NCBI GenBank assembly: GCA_965223015.1 | Contig: CBDCVL010000002.1 | Coordinates: 387,899-451,898, forward strand | DNA: 64,000 nt | Direction of reading: 5' to 3' | Source: Vicinamibacterales bacterium | GTDB taxonomy: Bacteria; Acidobacteriota; Vicinamibacteria; Vicinamibacterales; UBA8438 | Shown: positions 8,214 through 17,466 of the stretch, piece after piece | Numbering within the stretch: the stretch's first letter is position 1 | How the letters are laid out: the number at the start of each line of letters is the position of its first letter | Program-made: the position numbers and the translations under genes | Notes under the pieces: model-generated | What the model was told of the DNA's origin: nothing | Database searches by the model: none | What the model saw: the letters and a program-made list of their open reading frames with translations, nothing else

Positions 8214-10295
8214 TCAGTGTTCGTCTGGCAGCGCGAAGGCAGCGAGCGAGCCGGGAAGAGTCCCGCCTGCGCCAACTTGCACCACGATGTACTGCTGACT
8301 GTCATGCATGTACGTCATGAGGCCGTACATCCCTGGCGCCGGAAGCTCAACGTGACCGAGCTTCTCGCCCGTCGTCTTGTCGTGGGCGTTGAGGACCGGT
8401 GGTCCGTTGTTTCCCTCTGTCGCGAACAGAAGGCTCTTGGTGACCATCATCACCGCCCGGCCCAGCCCACTGACGCCGGTGAGGTCGACCTCGCGCAGCG
8501 CCGGATGCCGCTTGATGCGTTCGGGCGGTGACCCGACGGGGACCTCCCAGGCGTGGTCCCCTGTATTCATGTTGATCGCCGTGATCTTGCTATAGGGTGG
8601 CTTGTAGATGGGGAGACCCTGGGGGCCGCTCCAGCCGATGCCGCCGCCCTGAACCCACTCTGAGAGCGTGGTGCCGGTCGTGGTGCACTCACCCGAATCG
8701 GCGGTGCACCCGTGCGTAGACGCGTCGACGTTGGCGCCCGGTTGCACGGTGCGTCCGGCGCAGCCGGGACCGGACGCTTGATACAGATAGCCAGTTTCCG
8801 GATCGAGCACGGCGGGATGGGTGATGTTGACTCCTCCGGAGCAACCGACCCACCCCTTCTCGTTTTCCGTGTGATTGTTCGGCAGGGGTGGGATGTACGG
8901 GCCACCAATCCGATACTGGCTCGCGATCTCGAGAGCTTCTTGTCTGAGCTCCGGCGTGAAATCGATCAGTTCATCTTCGGACAACCCGAGCGAATTCAGT
9001 GGTTGCGGATGCGTCGGAAACGGCTGGGTCGGCGAGAGCCGCTCGCTCGGGACGATCGACGCAGGCACGGGGCGCTCCTCGATCGGCCAGACCGGTTCTC
9101 CAGTCTCCCTATTGAACGCAAACGTGAGGCCCTGCTTCGTGGTCTGGATCACAATCGGTACGTCCTGGCCGTTCAGTGTGACATCCGCCAGGATGGGAAC
9201 GTTCGGGAGATCGTAGTTCCAGATCGGGTGGTGGACCGTCTGAAAATGCCAGGCTCGTCGGCCGGTCTCGACATCTAACGCGATGAGGCTCGTACCAAAG
9301 AGATTGTCTCCCGGCCTGAACCCGCCGTAATAGTCGATGGTGGGCGCGTTGGTCGGGATGAAGACAAGGCCGCGATCGGTATCGGCGGACAGCGGCGCCC
9401 AGGAAGACACGTCGCCGGTCCACTGCCACGCATCGTTTTCCCAGGAGTCAAAGCCGAATTCACTCTCCGACTGCGGAATGATATTGAACTTCCACTTGTG
9501 CTCACCCGTTCGTGCGTCGTACGCGAGGATGTGGCCAGGAACGTTCTCGATCCGCGTCTGGCTGTAGCCCTGTTCATGGGAGTTTCCAACGACGACCGTG
9601 CCGTTGACGACGATTGGCGGGGATGAGCTGGTGATGTAGCCGACATCCATCGGGATGCCCTCGAACGGGTCGTACTCGAACCCGAGGTCGGCGAGCAGGT
9701 CGACGACGCCCGTCCGAGGAAACCCTGGGATGGGGATCTGTCCGCCGAATCCCTCGAGATGCTGCCCCGTCTTGGCGTCGAACGCGTGCAGGAAGAACGC
9801 CGGCGTGATCACGTAGATGACGTCCCGGCCATCGACTTCCGCATAGGCGACGCCTTTGCCGTAGCTCGAGCGCATCGATTCTTCCCAGCGCTTGGTGTTC
9901 GGCTCGCTGTAGGTCCAGATGGTCTCCCCGGTGGCTGGGTTGATTGCGGCGACGGTGCGGCGATAGCCCGCGACCGTGTAGAGAACGCCGTTGATGTAAC
10001 TGGGAGTGGCGCGGGACACGTAACTTGGGTGTGGACCGAAATTGTCACCGCGCCAGACCCACTTCAACTCGAGGTCTTCGAAGTTGTGCCCGTCGATCTG
10101 CTCGAGGTCGGAATACCTGGTGCCCCAGGCATCTCCGCTCTGATAGCGCCACTCGCCGGTCGGACTCCCTCTATCCTGGCCCGCCGCGGGATCCGGAAAT
10201 ACGAGGGTCACCGCGAGGGCGAGGGCCATCGTGAGTGTCGTAACAGAGTCGAGAGCGAAGCCGTGAGGCTGGTGCGTAGGTTGGGTCCCCGCCAT
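8214..10295 (-). CDS. PQQ-dependent dehydrogenase (quinoprotein beta-propeller), secreted
   Basis: Track ORF 8214..10514. I place the start at ATG 10295 (GGAGGG SD, signal-like TLTMALALAVTLVF). Quinoprotein signature GDNLFGTSLIALDVETGRRAWHFQTVHHPIWNYD. Confidence 0.85.
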   Translation of the reverse strand: MAGTQPTHQPHGFALDSVTTLTMALALAVTLVFPDPAAGQDRGSPTGEWRYQSGDAWGTRYSDLEQIDGHNFEDLELKWVWRGDNFGPHPSYVSRATPSYINGVLYTVAGYRRTVAAINPATGETIWTYSEPNTKRWEESMRSSYGKGVAYAEVDGRDVIYVITPAFFLHAFDAKTGQHLEGFGGQIPIPGFPRTGVVDLLADLGFEYDPFEGIPMDVGYITSSSPPIVVNGTVVVGNSHEQGYSQTRIENVPGHILAYDARTGEHKWKFNIIPQSESEFGFDSWENDAWQWTGDVSSWAPLSADTDRGLVFIPTNAPTIDYYGGFRPGDNLFGTSLIALDVETGRRAWHFQTVHHPIWNYDLPNVPILADVTLNGQDVPIVIQTTKQGLTFAFNRETGEPVWPIEERPVPASIVPSERLSPTQPFPTHPQPLNSLGLSEDELIDFTPELRQEALEIASQYRIGGPYIPPLPNNHTENEKGWVGCSGGVNITHPAVLDPETGYLYQASGPGCAGRTVQPGANVDASTHGCTADSGECTTTGTTLSEWVQGGGIGWSGPQGLPIYKPPYSKITAINMNTGDHAWEVPVGSPPERIKRHPALREVDLTGVSGLGRAVMMVTKSLLFATEGNNGPPVLNAHDKTTGEKLGHVELPAPGMYGLMTYMHDSQQYIVVQVGAGGTLPGSLAAFALPDEH

Positions 10296-10396
10296 CTGTG
10301 AGCCCTCCAACTTCAAACGTGTTCCGGAGCCATTATGGGGCCCTGGCGGCGTTTTGGGAATCTCAATCTCGGGAAATCTCGACTCTGGCGTGGGGC

Positions 10397-10420
10397 GAGG
10401 GTGTCTAGGAGGGTGTCTAG
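10397..10420. repeat. perfect 12-bp tandem duplication (GAGGGTGTCTAG)x2
   Basis: Read directly. Lies 100-125 nt upstream of the PQQ dehydrogenase start. Confidence 0.85.
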
Positions 10421-10599
10421 GCGGAGCAGCCGCGAGGTACCAGATCCCGCGCCGTCGTGAGCGGGAATCCCGGCAGCCGCTGCTGCAGTGACATACGGAC
10501 CCACCACTCGACATTCTTGCCCGGCTCGCCTGCGGCGCGAAGCCATCGGGCTTCGGTCAGGATCTCGGCAAGTAGGTCGACCTCTTCGTCACAGACCAT
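10417..10599 (-). CDS. hypothetical 60-aa protein (doubtful)
   Basis: Track ORF MVCDEEVDLLAEILTEARWLRAAGEP... with moderately GC-rich third positions and no SD. The stop lies inside the second 12-bp repeat unit. Confidence 0.2.
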   Translation of the reverse strand: MVCDEEVDLLAEILTEARWLRAAGEPGKNVEWWVRMSLQQRLPGFPLTTARDLVPRGCSA

Positions 10600-10638
10600 T
10601 CGACCGGAGTATCGGCCGAACCCTCAACGGCACGTAGC

Positions 10639-10644
10639 TATAAT
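10639..10644 (+). promoter_or_regulatory. consensus -10 box TATAAT for the downstream small gene
   Basis: TATAAT read directly, 37 nt before ATG 10681. The -35 is weak. Confidence 0.35.
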
Positions 10645-10680
10645 CAGGGTGTAGCCCGATTGATCTTGCGAGGTCGCGAC

Positions 10681-10983
10681 ATGCCAGATGCACCGCCGAA
10701 GAGCGCTATCGAGCTGGCCATGGCCAAGCTCGCACGACAGGATGCAGAATCCGGGGTTGAAGCGCAGACCCTGACGGCTGAACAGAAGGCCGCGCTCGCC
10801 GAGGCTCGCCGGGACTATGAGGCCAAAGCGGCAGAGTGCCGGATCCTGCACAGTTCGCACATGGCGACGGCGCTCGACCCTGAGGCAAGAGCCGAGCTCG
10901 AAGCGAACGTTCGGCGAGACCTTGCCCGGTTTGCGACGGATCGTGACCGGAAGATCCAGCGCATCCTGAAGGGCACCGAGTAG
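10681..10983 (+). CDS. hypothetical 100-aa protein, helical/charged
   Basis: Track ORF 10660..10983. ATG 10681 is preceded by GAGGT at good spacing. No recognisable motif. Confidence 0.5.
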   Translation: MPDAPPKSAIELAMAKLARQDAESGVEAQTLTAEQKAALAEARRDYEAKAAECRILHSSHMATALDPEARAELEANVRRDLARFATDRDRKIQRILKGTE

Positions 10984-11009
10984 CGAGGCGTGGTCTCGGC
11001 CTGCAACGA

Positions 11010-11687
11010 TCAGTTCTGGCGGGCCCCGTCAGCGGGCCGGTGACGCGAGAGGACAAGGCCGTAGTTGCCTCCCCCCCAATCATCGATCTGTTCCCCGAGC
11101 ACGAACCCAGCCGCGGTCAGTTCCGCGACGACGACCGCCGGAGAAATCCCGTGCCCACCCCGGCTCGGGGGTAGATCACCTGCGGGGAATAGGCCGAACC
11201 ACCACGCACCGGGTTCGAAATCGATGATCACGAGACGTCCCCCTGGGCGGACTGCGGCAAAGAGGTCGGACGCGACGCTGGCTGGGTCGGTCAGATGGTG
11301 ATACACGCGTCGCAGGAAAATACCGTCACAGCAGGCAGGGCGAAGGCCGGTGTCGCTGTCTCTTGATTCAAGCGCCGTGACGTTTTGCAATCCTTCCGCA
11401 GCGACCGCCGTCCGGATGCTCGCAAGCGTCCCGAGATCAATCTCGGTGGCGTAGACGTAGCCGTCCGTGAGTAGGGTTCGAGCGAGCTCGAGCGAGTAGC
11501 GCCCCGTGCCTGCACCCACGTCCGCGACTCGACTATTCGGTTGCAGAGCCAGGGCCGAATAGATCGCTCCCGCTTCGACAACGACCTGTCGCGCCTGGTA
11601 TCGCATCACGGCCCAACTTGCGATACCTGTAACGCACAGCGCGAGACCAACAAGGGCAAGTCCATTCGACTGGCGCGAGGACCTCAT
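11010..11687 (-). CDS. class I SAM-dependent methyltransferase with N-terminal TM anchor
   Basis: 225-aa ORF. Motif I VADVGAGTGRYSLELA. Confidence 0.8.
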   Translation of the reverse strand: MRSSRQSNGLALVGLALCVTGIASWAVMRYQARQVVVEAGAIYSALALQPNSRVADVGAGTGRYSLELARTLLTDGYVYATEIDLGTLASIRTAVAAEGLQNVTALESRDSDTGLRPACCDGIFLRRVYHHLTDPASVASDLFAAVRPGGRLVIIDFEPGAWWFGLFPAGDLPPSRGGHGISPAVVVAELTAAGFVLGEQIDDWGGGNYGLVLSRHRPADGARQN

Positions 11688-11764
11688 GCTTGCGAGGAAT
11701 ACTACCAGGCGAATCGACGGAGAGTCGGTGTGCGTGCTGTGGTGCAGACCGCTGGCGGGCGCCG

Positions 11765-12532
11765 ATGTCGGGGGGCGGGGTTTGCCGAATACCAGTCAAC
11801 CTCTGCCGCGAGTTCTATAATCGCGGGGCTTTGGCTGAGCTCGGGAACGGCCTTGTCTACTACGTGGTGTTTCTCTTTTCCACGACGTTGCACGAGGCCG
11901 CGCATGCGTGGGCCGCGATGCGGGGCGGCGATCTGACTGCCTATCACGGTGGGCAAGTGTCCCTTGATCCCCGCCCGCACATTCAGCGTGAGCGGTTCGG
12001 CATGGTGGTCCTGCCCTTGCTTTCGGTAATGCTATCGGGCTGGCCGTTCGGATTCGCGAGTGCGCCGTACGATCCACAGTGGGCGATGCAGTACCCGAAG
12101 CGAGCGGCCTGGATGGCACTCGCGGGGCCAGCTGCGAACCTTGGACTCGTTCTCGTGGCCGCGTGCATCATCCGCTTCGGGGTGGTGGCAGGGGCGTTTG
12201 CAGCACCGGACGCTGTCAGCTTCGAACAGATAGTCACTGCGCACGAGACGGGGCTCTGGACCGGTGTGGCATTCCTCGTAAGCGTCTTCTTCTCGCTCAA
12301 TTTGCTGCTTGCCATATTCAACCTGATTCCGGTCCCTCCCCTCGACGGAAGCGGGGCGGTGCCGCTCTTCCTCGACGAGGATGGCACCAGGCGGTATCAG
12401 CAGTTCGTGTGGGGGCAACCGGCTGTTGCCTGGATCGGAATCCTCGTGGCGTGGCAGTTGGTTCCTATGGTGTTCCAGCCGCTCTGGCTCTTCGTGGTCA
12501 ACTTGGTTCATCCGGGGGTGCACTACGGGTAG
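11765..12532 (+). CDS. site-2 protease family (peptidase M50) membrane metalloprotease
   Basis: Track ORF 11690..12532. HEAAHAW (HExxH) in a TM helix and FNLIPVPPLDGSG (NxxPxxxLDG). Start uncertain (ATG 11765 or TTG 11831). Confidence 0.75.
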   Translation: MSGGGVCRIPVNLCREFYNRGALAELGNGLVYYVVFLFSTTLHEAAHAWAAMRGGDLTAYHGGQVSLDPRPHIQRERFGMVVLPLLSVMLSGWPFGFASAPYDPQWAMQYPKRAAWMALAGPAANLGLVLVAACIIRFGVVAGAFAAPDAVSFEQIVTAHETGLWTGVAFLVSVFFSLNLLLAIFNLIPVPPLDGSGAVPLFLDEDGTRRYQQFVWGQPAVAWIGILVAWQLVPMVFQPLWLFVVNLVHPGVHYG

Positions 12533-12538
12533 GCGCCC

Positions 12539-13852
12539 CTATCCGAACATCAAGTTGACGATGAAAGTCGCCGCAAGAATGCCGGTGATGTCGGCCAGGA
12601 GACATGCAGGAACCGTATGGCGGGTGACCTTGACGCCGATGGCACCGAAGTAGACCGCGAGCGTGTAGAAGGTGGTTTCGGTGCTGCCCTGGTACGTACT
12701 CACCATGTACCCGATGAGCGAATCGGGTCCATGGACGGTCATCGCTTCGCTGGCGACTCCCAGGGCCCCTGAGCCGCTCAAGGGGCGCAGGAGGGCCATC
12801 GGAAGCGCCTCGCCTGGCATCCCGATGAGAGCCGTCAGCGGTGAGATCGCCGCGACGATCAGTTCGAGACCGCCCGAGGCGCGAAACATTCCAATCACAA
12901 CGAGAATCGCGACTAAGAAGGGGATTATGCGGAGGGCAACCTGAAATCCCTGCTTGGCACCCTCGACGAGCGAGTGGTAGACGCGGACGTGGCGAACCCA
13001 TCCATAGAGCACGACGGCGGCAACGAGCGTTGGAAGGGCCCAGTAGGACATCATGTCTCTGACCACCGTTCCCAGACCTTCGGTGCCGACCCGTCCCAGA
13101 ATCTCAAACACCGCAAGGCCGAGAAACGTAAGCCAGAAAAGACGCGCGAGCCACGTGCGCGCGGGTGACCTGCGCGGGGGCTCCGCCGAGTCTGCGTTAC
13201 GGTCGTCTTCAGGCGACGCTTCGAGTGCCGGAGCTTGGTCGTCGGGGGCCGTCGAGAGAGGTTCGGTTGCGCGATATCTGGGTAGACGCGCGAGCAGCAG
13301 CGCAGCTGTGACCCCGACCACCGTGGCGCACATGCTCGCGAACCATGTCGGGAGCCAGATGCCTGCTGCGTCGGACGACCCCAGTGCCGCCCGTACACCG
13401 ATGACGCCCGAGGGGAGCAGCGCGAGTCCGGCCGTGTTGATGGCGAGAAAGACCACCATTGCGTTGGTGGCTGTCCCTTTCCGGGTGTTGTACTTGTCGA
13501 GCTCTTCGATCGCCTTGATCCCGAACGGTGTGGCGGCGTTTCCAAGACCGAGCATGTTTGCCGAGATATTGAGCACCATCGCACTCATCGCTGGACTGCC
13601 GGCAGGGATCGACGGGAAGAGCAGCCGCATGACCGGGCTGACACCACGGGAGATCTGTGCCATGAGCCCCCCGTCCTGCGCGACCTGCATGAGGCCGAGG
13701 AAGAAGGCCATCACCCCAACCAGTCCGATGGCCAGGTCGACGGCGCTTCGTGCCGACGTCAGCATCGCATCGGTGACGGCCTGCATCTGGCCTGTGGAGG
13801 CGCCAAGCAGGACCGAGGCGAGTGCCGCCGTGATGAAGAGACCGTTCAGCAT
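12539..13852 (-). CDS. nucleoside-recognition (Gate) domain membrane protein, fused SpmA/SpmB-like
   Basis: 437-aa polytopic ORF. The N-terminal half resembles SpmA (MLNGLFITAALASV...LMQVAQDGG) and the C-terminal half resembles SpmB. Confidence 0.7.
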   Translation of the reverse strand: MLNGLFITAALASVLLGASTGQMQAVTDAMLTSARSAVDLAIGLVGVMAFFLGLMQVAQDGGLMAQISRGVSPVMRLLFPSIPAGSPAMSAMVLNISANMLGLGNAATPFGIKAIEELDKYNTRKGTATNAMVVFLAINTAGLALLPSGVIGVRAALGSSDAAGIWLPTWFASMCATVVGVTAALLLARLPRYRATEPLSTAPDDQAPALEASPEDDRNADSAEPPRRSPARTWLARLFWLTFLGLAVFEILGRVGTEGLGTVVRDMMSYWALPTLVAAVVLYGWVRHVRVYHSLVEGAKQGFQVALRIIPFLVAILVVIGMFRASGGLELIVAAISPLTALIGMPGEALPMALLRPLSGSGALGVASEAMTVHGPDSLIGYMVSTYQGSTETTFYTLAVYFGAIGVKVTRHTVPACLLADITGILAATFIVNLMFG

Positions 13853-13875
13853 TGAAGATTGGCTACGTGTGATCC

Positions 13876-15027
13876 TCAGCCCGTCGACCGACCCTCGGCT
13901 GCGGCGGGCTGGGTGAGCAATCGATAGCTCTGTCTCAGCCGCCGCGCCTTGCTCCAGTCCCGGTTTCCCTCCTCGAGCCAGGCCAATTGCAGAAATGCCG
14001 CTGGGTCGACCGGGAAGCGCTCGAGTGCCAGGGTAAGCACACGATGGGCGGCGTCCGTGTCGCCATCAAGGAGATACGCGCGGCCAAGGAGTGTCAGCGC
14101 CTCGCTGGATGCAGTCGCCTCCGGCACGGAGAGGAGCGCCTCTGTCGCCTTCTTGAGCGCGACGCGGTCCGCACGAGTCTCGGCGATCTCGAGCCACACC
14201 CGCCCGAGCGCCGCATAGACCTGCGGTTGATCTGGGTGATCCTCAGCGGCGCGGCCGAGAGCGAGGACCGCCATGTCGGTTTGCCCGGATCGCGCGTAGG
14301 CGAGACCTCGTGCGACATGCCGCTCGGGATGTGTTCGGTCCAGGGCCGCCAGCGCATCGAGTTGTCTGAGCTCTTCGCGTCGCTCTCCGCGCGCTCGATG
14401 AACAGCGGCCAGCGCTTCTCGCGCCTCGAGAAGACCCGGGGACAGCTCCACCGCAGTGGCGAGGACGATCTGCGCTTCATCGAGGCGACCCTGTTCGCGG
14501 AGGCACAGCCCCAGAACGTAGTGCGCCTCGACAAACTCCGAGTCGAGAGCAATCGCCTGACGGAGCCGAGGGACGGCACGGTTCACGCGACCGTCGCGCT
14601 CGTACGCAAGCGCGAGCTTGTACAGCACCCTCGGGTTTCGATCGTCCAGCCGGATGTAGTGGACGTAGTGTTCAACCGCCTCGGCGTGCTGCCCGAGAGC
14701 GAACGACACGTCACCCAGTCGTTCGTGGGGACGCGGCGCCGACGGATCGAGGCTGGCCGCGCGCGTGAGGTCCCGGCGGGCGTCACGGAGATCTCCCTGC
14801 CGGTGGTAGGTTTCGCCCCGCTTGAGGTGAGCGACCATAGACCCAGGGTCGAGAGCCAGCGCACCGCTATACGCTTCGATCGCCAGGAAAGACTGGTCGT
14901 CGACGAATGCCTGATCTCCCTCGGCGACGAGCCGCTGGAATTCACGCTCCTTCGCAACGCCGTTGTAGACGAATACGCCAGCCATCCCGACCAGCAACAC
15001 GAGACAGCCGAGCACGAAGCGACGCAT
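13876..15027 (-). CDS. TPR-repeat protein with N-terminal membrane anchor
   Basis: Track ORF 13876..15117. I start at ATG 15027 (MRRFVLGCLVLLVGMAGVFV) because the upstream part is a repeat element. Multiple 34-aa TPR-like repeats. Confidence 0.75.
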   Translation of the reverse strand: MRRFVLGCLVLLVGMAGVFVYNGVAKEREFQRLVAEGDQAFVDDQSFLAIEAYSGALALDPGSMVAHLKRGETYHRQGDLRDARRDLTRAASLDPSAPRPHERLGDVSFALGQHAEAVEHYVHYIRLDDRNPRVLYKLALAYERDGRVNRAVPRLRQAIALDSEFVEAHYVLGLCLREQGRLDEAQIVLATAVELSPGLLEAREALAAVHRARGERREELRQLDALAALDRTHPERHVARGLAYARSGQTDMAVLALGRAAEDHPDQPQVYAALGRVWLEIAETRADRVALKKATEALLSVPEATASSEALTLLGRAYLLDGDTDAAHRVLTLALERFPVDPAAFLQLAWLEEGNRDWSKARRLRQSYRLLTQPAAAEGRSTG

Positions 15028-15094
15028 TCGGCGCAATGGTAGCAGGAATGATCGCAACCTTGCGGTTCTGAGACACCAACTCGGTTTTTCACAT

Positions 15095-15194
15095 GCGTGT
15101 CGCGAGGACGCGCACAACGCGCCCCGCCGGAGCGGCGCGGGGCAGTGGGCCCCCGCGAGCTACGGCGTGGGGTTTTGGGGCGCTAGCCCCATCT
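15095..15194 (-). repeat. GC-rich hairpin repeat, family R2, copy C (reverse orientation; weaker extension to 15072)
   Basis: About 85-90% identical by eye to 32780-32881 and 47718-47815. Starts 10 nt after the TAG stop of the upstream minus-strand gene. Confidence 0.85.
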
Positions 15195-15204
15195 GAGAAG
15201 TCAG

Positions 15205-17466
15205 CTAGCTGCCGGCGGCAGTGACGGTGTTGCCGAGCGCGTCGGTGGCCCGAATCACGAGAATATCGCGGCTGTCGGCTGCAATCGTGAGCTCGAATCG
15301 CTCGGTCCGCGAATCTGAAATCTGGTCGACCGGGTGAACGACCTGCCAGCGTTCCGGATCGAGCGAGTACTCGACGCGATGAATCGGAGAGTGTGTGTCG
15401 CTGACCGTGAAGGTCAGGAATAAATGCTCGCCTCGGAGCTCCGACGACGCCAGGTCGAGCGCCGGCGGAGAATTGTCGATATCGAACGGTGTGCTTTCCC
15501 GCGCGCCGGTCAGCGCCAGACCGGGAGGATTCGACACCGCATCGCTGGCGGTGATTTGGATGACATAGGTGCCGTCAGGTGCCGATGTCGTATCCCAGCT
15601 GAAGATCGGCTGCCGAAGCCCCAAGGTCAGCGGGTGCCATGTCGCCTCGCCCTCGGCACGATAGGACACGTCGTAGAGCAGCTCATCCTGATTCCCATCG
15701 AGTCCGGTCCAGGCGAACGTCTGTAGCCCCTTCCGGTAGATCTGCCGCCCTAGGGTGTTTTGTGGTGGGGCGGCCGCTCCGCTGGGGTTGGCGACTCGAG
15801 CTCCGGCGGCGTCTGCCAGGCCGGCGATCGGCGGGTCGCCACTTGGGAAGGGCTGTTGAAATACGATACCCGGCTCGTGAACAACCACCTCCGTAACCTG
15901 AGGTCGCAGGTTGCTTGGAAGATACGCTGTGGTGACCGAAAACAACTCCGGGCTCTCGCCGGTACCCACCAGTTCTGCCCGCCACTGGATGTAGCGAGCC
16001 TTCGGGCTTTCGACGCGCGTCCCAGTCGGGTCGGTGTACGGCTCGGACCACGGACTCCACGTGTCACTTGGCCTTTCCGTATTGCCGGTCCGTGTTGCCA
16101 GTCGAACCGTCGTGCCAGCGGGGAGTGTCGCCTGCCATCTGATAGTGCCCCAGGTCGAGACGGTCCCTGCATCACGTACGTCGGAGACGTACGTGCCGGT
16201 TGCGACACGATCTGCGGAGAGGCGGTAGACCTTTCCTGGATTGGCCGTGAGATAGTAGAAGCCTCCAGCAGCTGCCGCAACGAAGCGCGTCACCTGCTGC
16301 GCGGGCGCGCGCGTGAGCAGCACCACGCGCTTCGGGTCCTCCATGACCTGAAAAATCTTGCCACTCCCACCAGTCCCAACGAGAAGGGTGACGCTGGTTG
16401 GTTCGCTGTTGCCGCTCAGCTCGTTCCTTGCGACGAGCGCCACGTCGTACGGCGCATCCTCCGAGGACTCCCACACGGCGTCCCACACGCCATCAGGCGT
16501 GATCCGATAGACGGCACCCCCACCGTGTGCAGGTTGGGTCGGGGTTGGGCCGGTGACTCTTCCACGGTCGGCACTTCCGCCAGACGGTGTCGCCACTGCC
16601 GTCACGGTGGTTGATGTCGTAACCGTCACCGTTGCCGACGCGGATACCGCCGCCGGGCTGTTGGTCGGGCTCGCTGGTGTGCGTGGGGCAGACTCGGCAA
16701 CGGCCACCGCGTAGACCGTGCCATCGGGAGCAACCCGCAGCGCTCGGACCTCGCTGAATGGCGCGTCGAGCAGGACGAACCCGCGACCATCAGGCGTGAC
16801 GCGAAAGACTTGACCGGGCGAACTGGTACTCACCAGCAGGGTCTCGTCTGGACCGGCAGCGAGCGCAAGTGCGTGCGTCGTCTTGGTGTCGTAAAAGAGG
16901 GTGGACGTGCCGTCGGGTGACACTCGATAGACGCGGCCGGGACTGCCCGTGGCGACGTAGAGGTCACGCTCGCCGCTTGCGAGGGCGGGGCCGGTGGCGA
17001 GTGCCCATATGTATTCTTCTTCGGGATCAAACACGGTCTGGGCTTCGCCGTCGTCCGTGACACGGTACACCGCGCCGTGTGGTGACGTTCCGACATAGGC
17101 CTCGTCGTCGGTCGCTGCGATCGCATGAACGTTCAGTTCGCCCGCGTCAAACACCTCGCGTCCTGCTCCATCCGCCTCGGCCAGAAACACCTTGCCCGCG
17201 TTCCCGCTCCCAATCCACAGCCTGCCGGCCGCTTCGTCTGCGGTCCAGAGAAACGGCGCGGTTGTCTCATAGAGGACGTCGGTCTCCGGACCGAGGAGGA
17301 CGCGGCCAATCGCGTCGATCGAGACGTCGTAGACATCCCCACGGAGAAAGTCAGCCTGGGTTGACACTCGCCAGAAGACTGGCGACGCGCTCTCGCCAAT
17401 GACGATGAGTACGTTCACGGCGACCGCGGTCAGTCCCCAGCGGAAGCGGCCAGCCGAGTGCATCAT
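15205..17466 (-). CDS. large secreted protein: beta-propeller-like repeats + Ig-like C-terminal region, unknown function
   Basis: Track ORF 15205..17526. Start placed at ATG 17466, overlapping the upstream stop. Recurrent V(Y/F)RV.PDG strands. No catalytic motif recognised. Confidence 0.6.
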   Translation of the reverse strand: MMHSAGRFRWGLTAVAVNVLIVIGESASPVFWRVSTQADFLRGDVYDVSIDAIGRVLLGPETDVLYETTAPFLWTADEAAGRLWIGSGNAGKVFLAEADGAGREVFDAGELNVHAIAATDDEAYVGTSPHGAVYRVTDDGEAQTVFDPEEEYIWALATGPALASGERDLYVATGSPGRVYRVSPDGTSTLFYDTKTTHALALAAGPDETLLVSTSSPGQVFRVTPDGRGFVLLDAPFSEVRALRVAPDGTVYAVAVAESAPRTPASPTNSPAAVSASATVTVTTSTTVTAVATPSGGSADRGRVTGPTPTQPAHGGGAVYRITPDGVWDAVWESSEDAPYDVALVARNELSGNSEPTSVTLLVGTGGSGKIFQVMEDPKRVVLLTRAPAQQVTRFVAAAAGGFYYLTANPGKVYRLSADRVATGTYVSDVRDAGTVSTWGTIRWQATLPAGTTVRLATRTGNTERPSDTWSPWSEPYTDPTGTRVESPKARYIQWRAELVGTGESPELFSVTTAYLPSNLRPQVTEVVVHEPGIVFQQPFPSGDPPIAGLADAAGARVANPSGAAAPPQNTLGRQIYRKGLQTFAWTGLDGNQDELLYDVSYRAEGEATWHPLTLGLRQPIFSWDTTSAPDGTYVIQITASDAVSNPPGLALTGARESTPFDIDNSPPALDLASSELRGEHLFLTFTVSDTHSPIHRVEYSLDPERWQVVHPVDQISDSRTERFELTIAADSRDILVIRATDALGNTVTAAGS

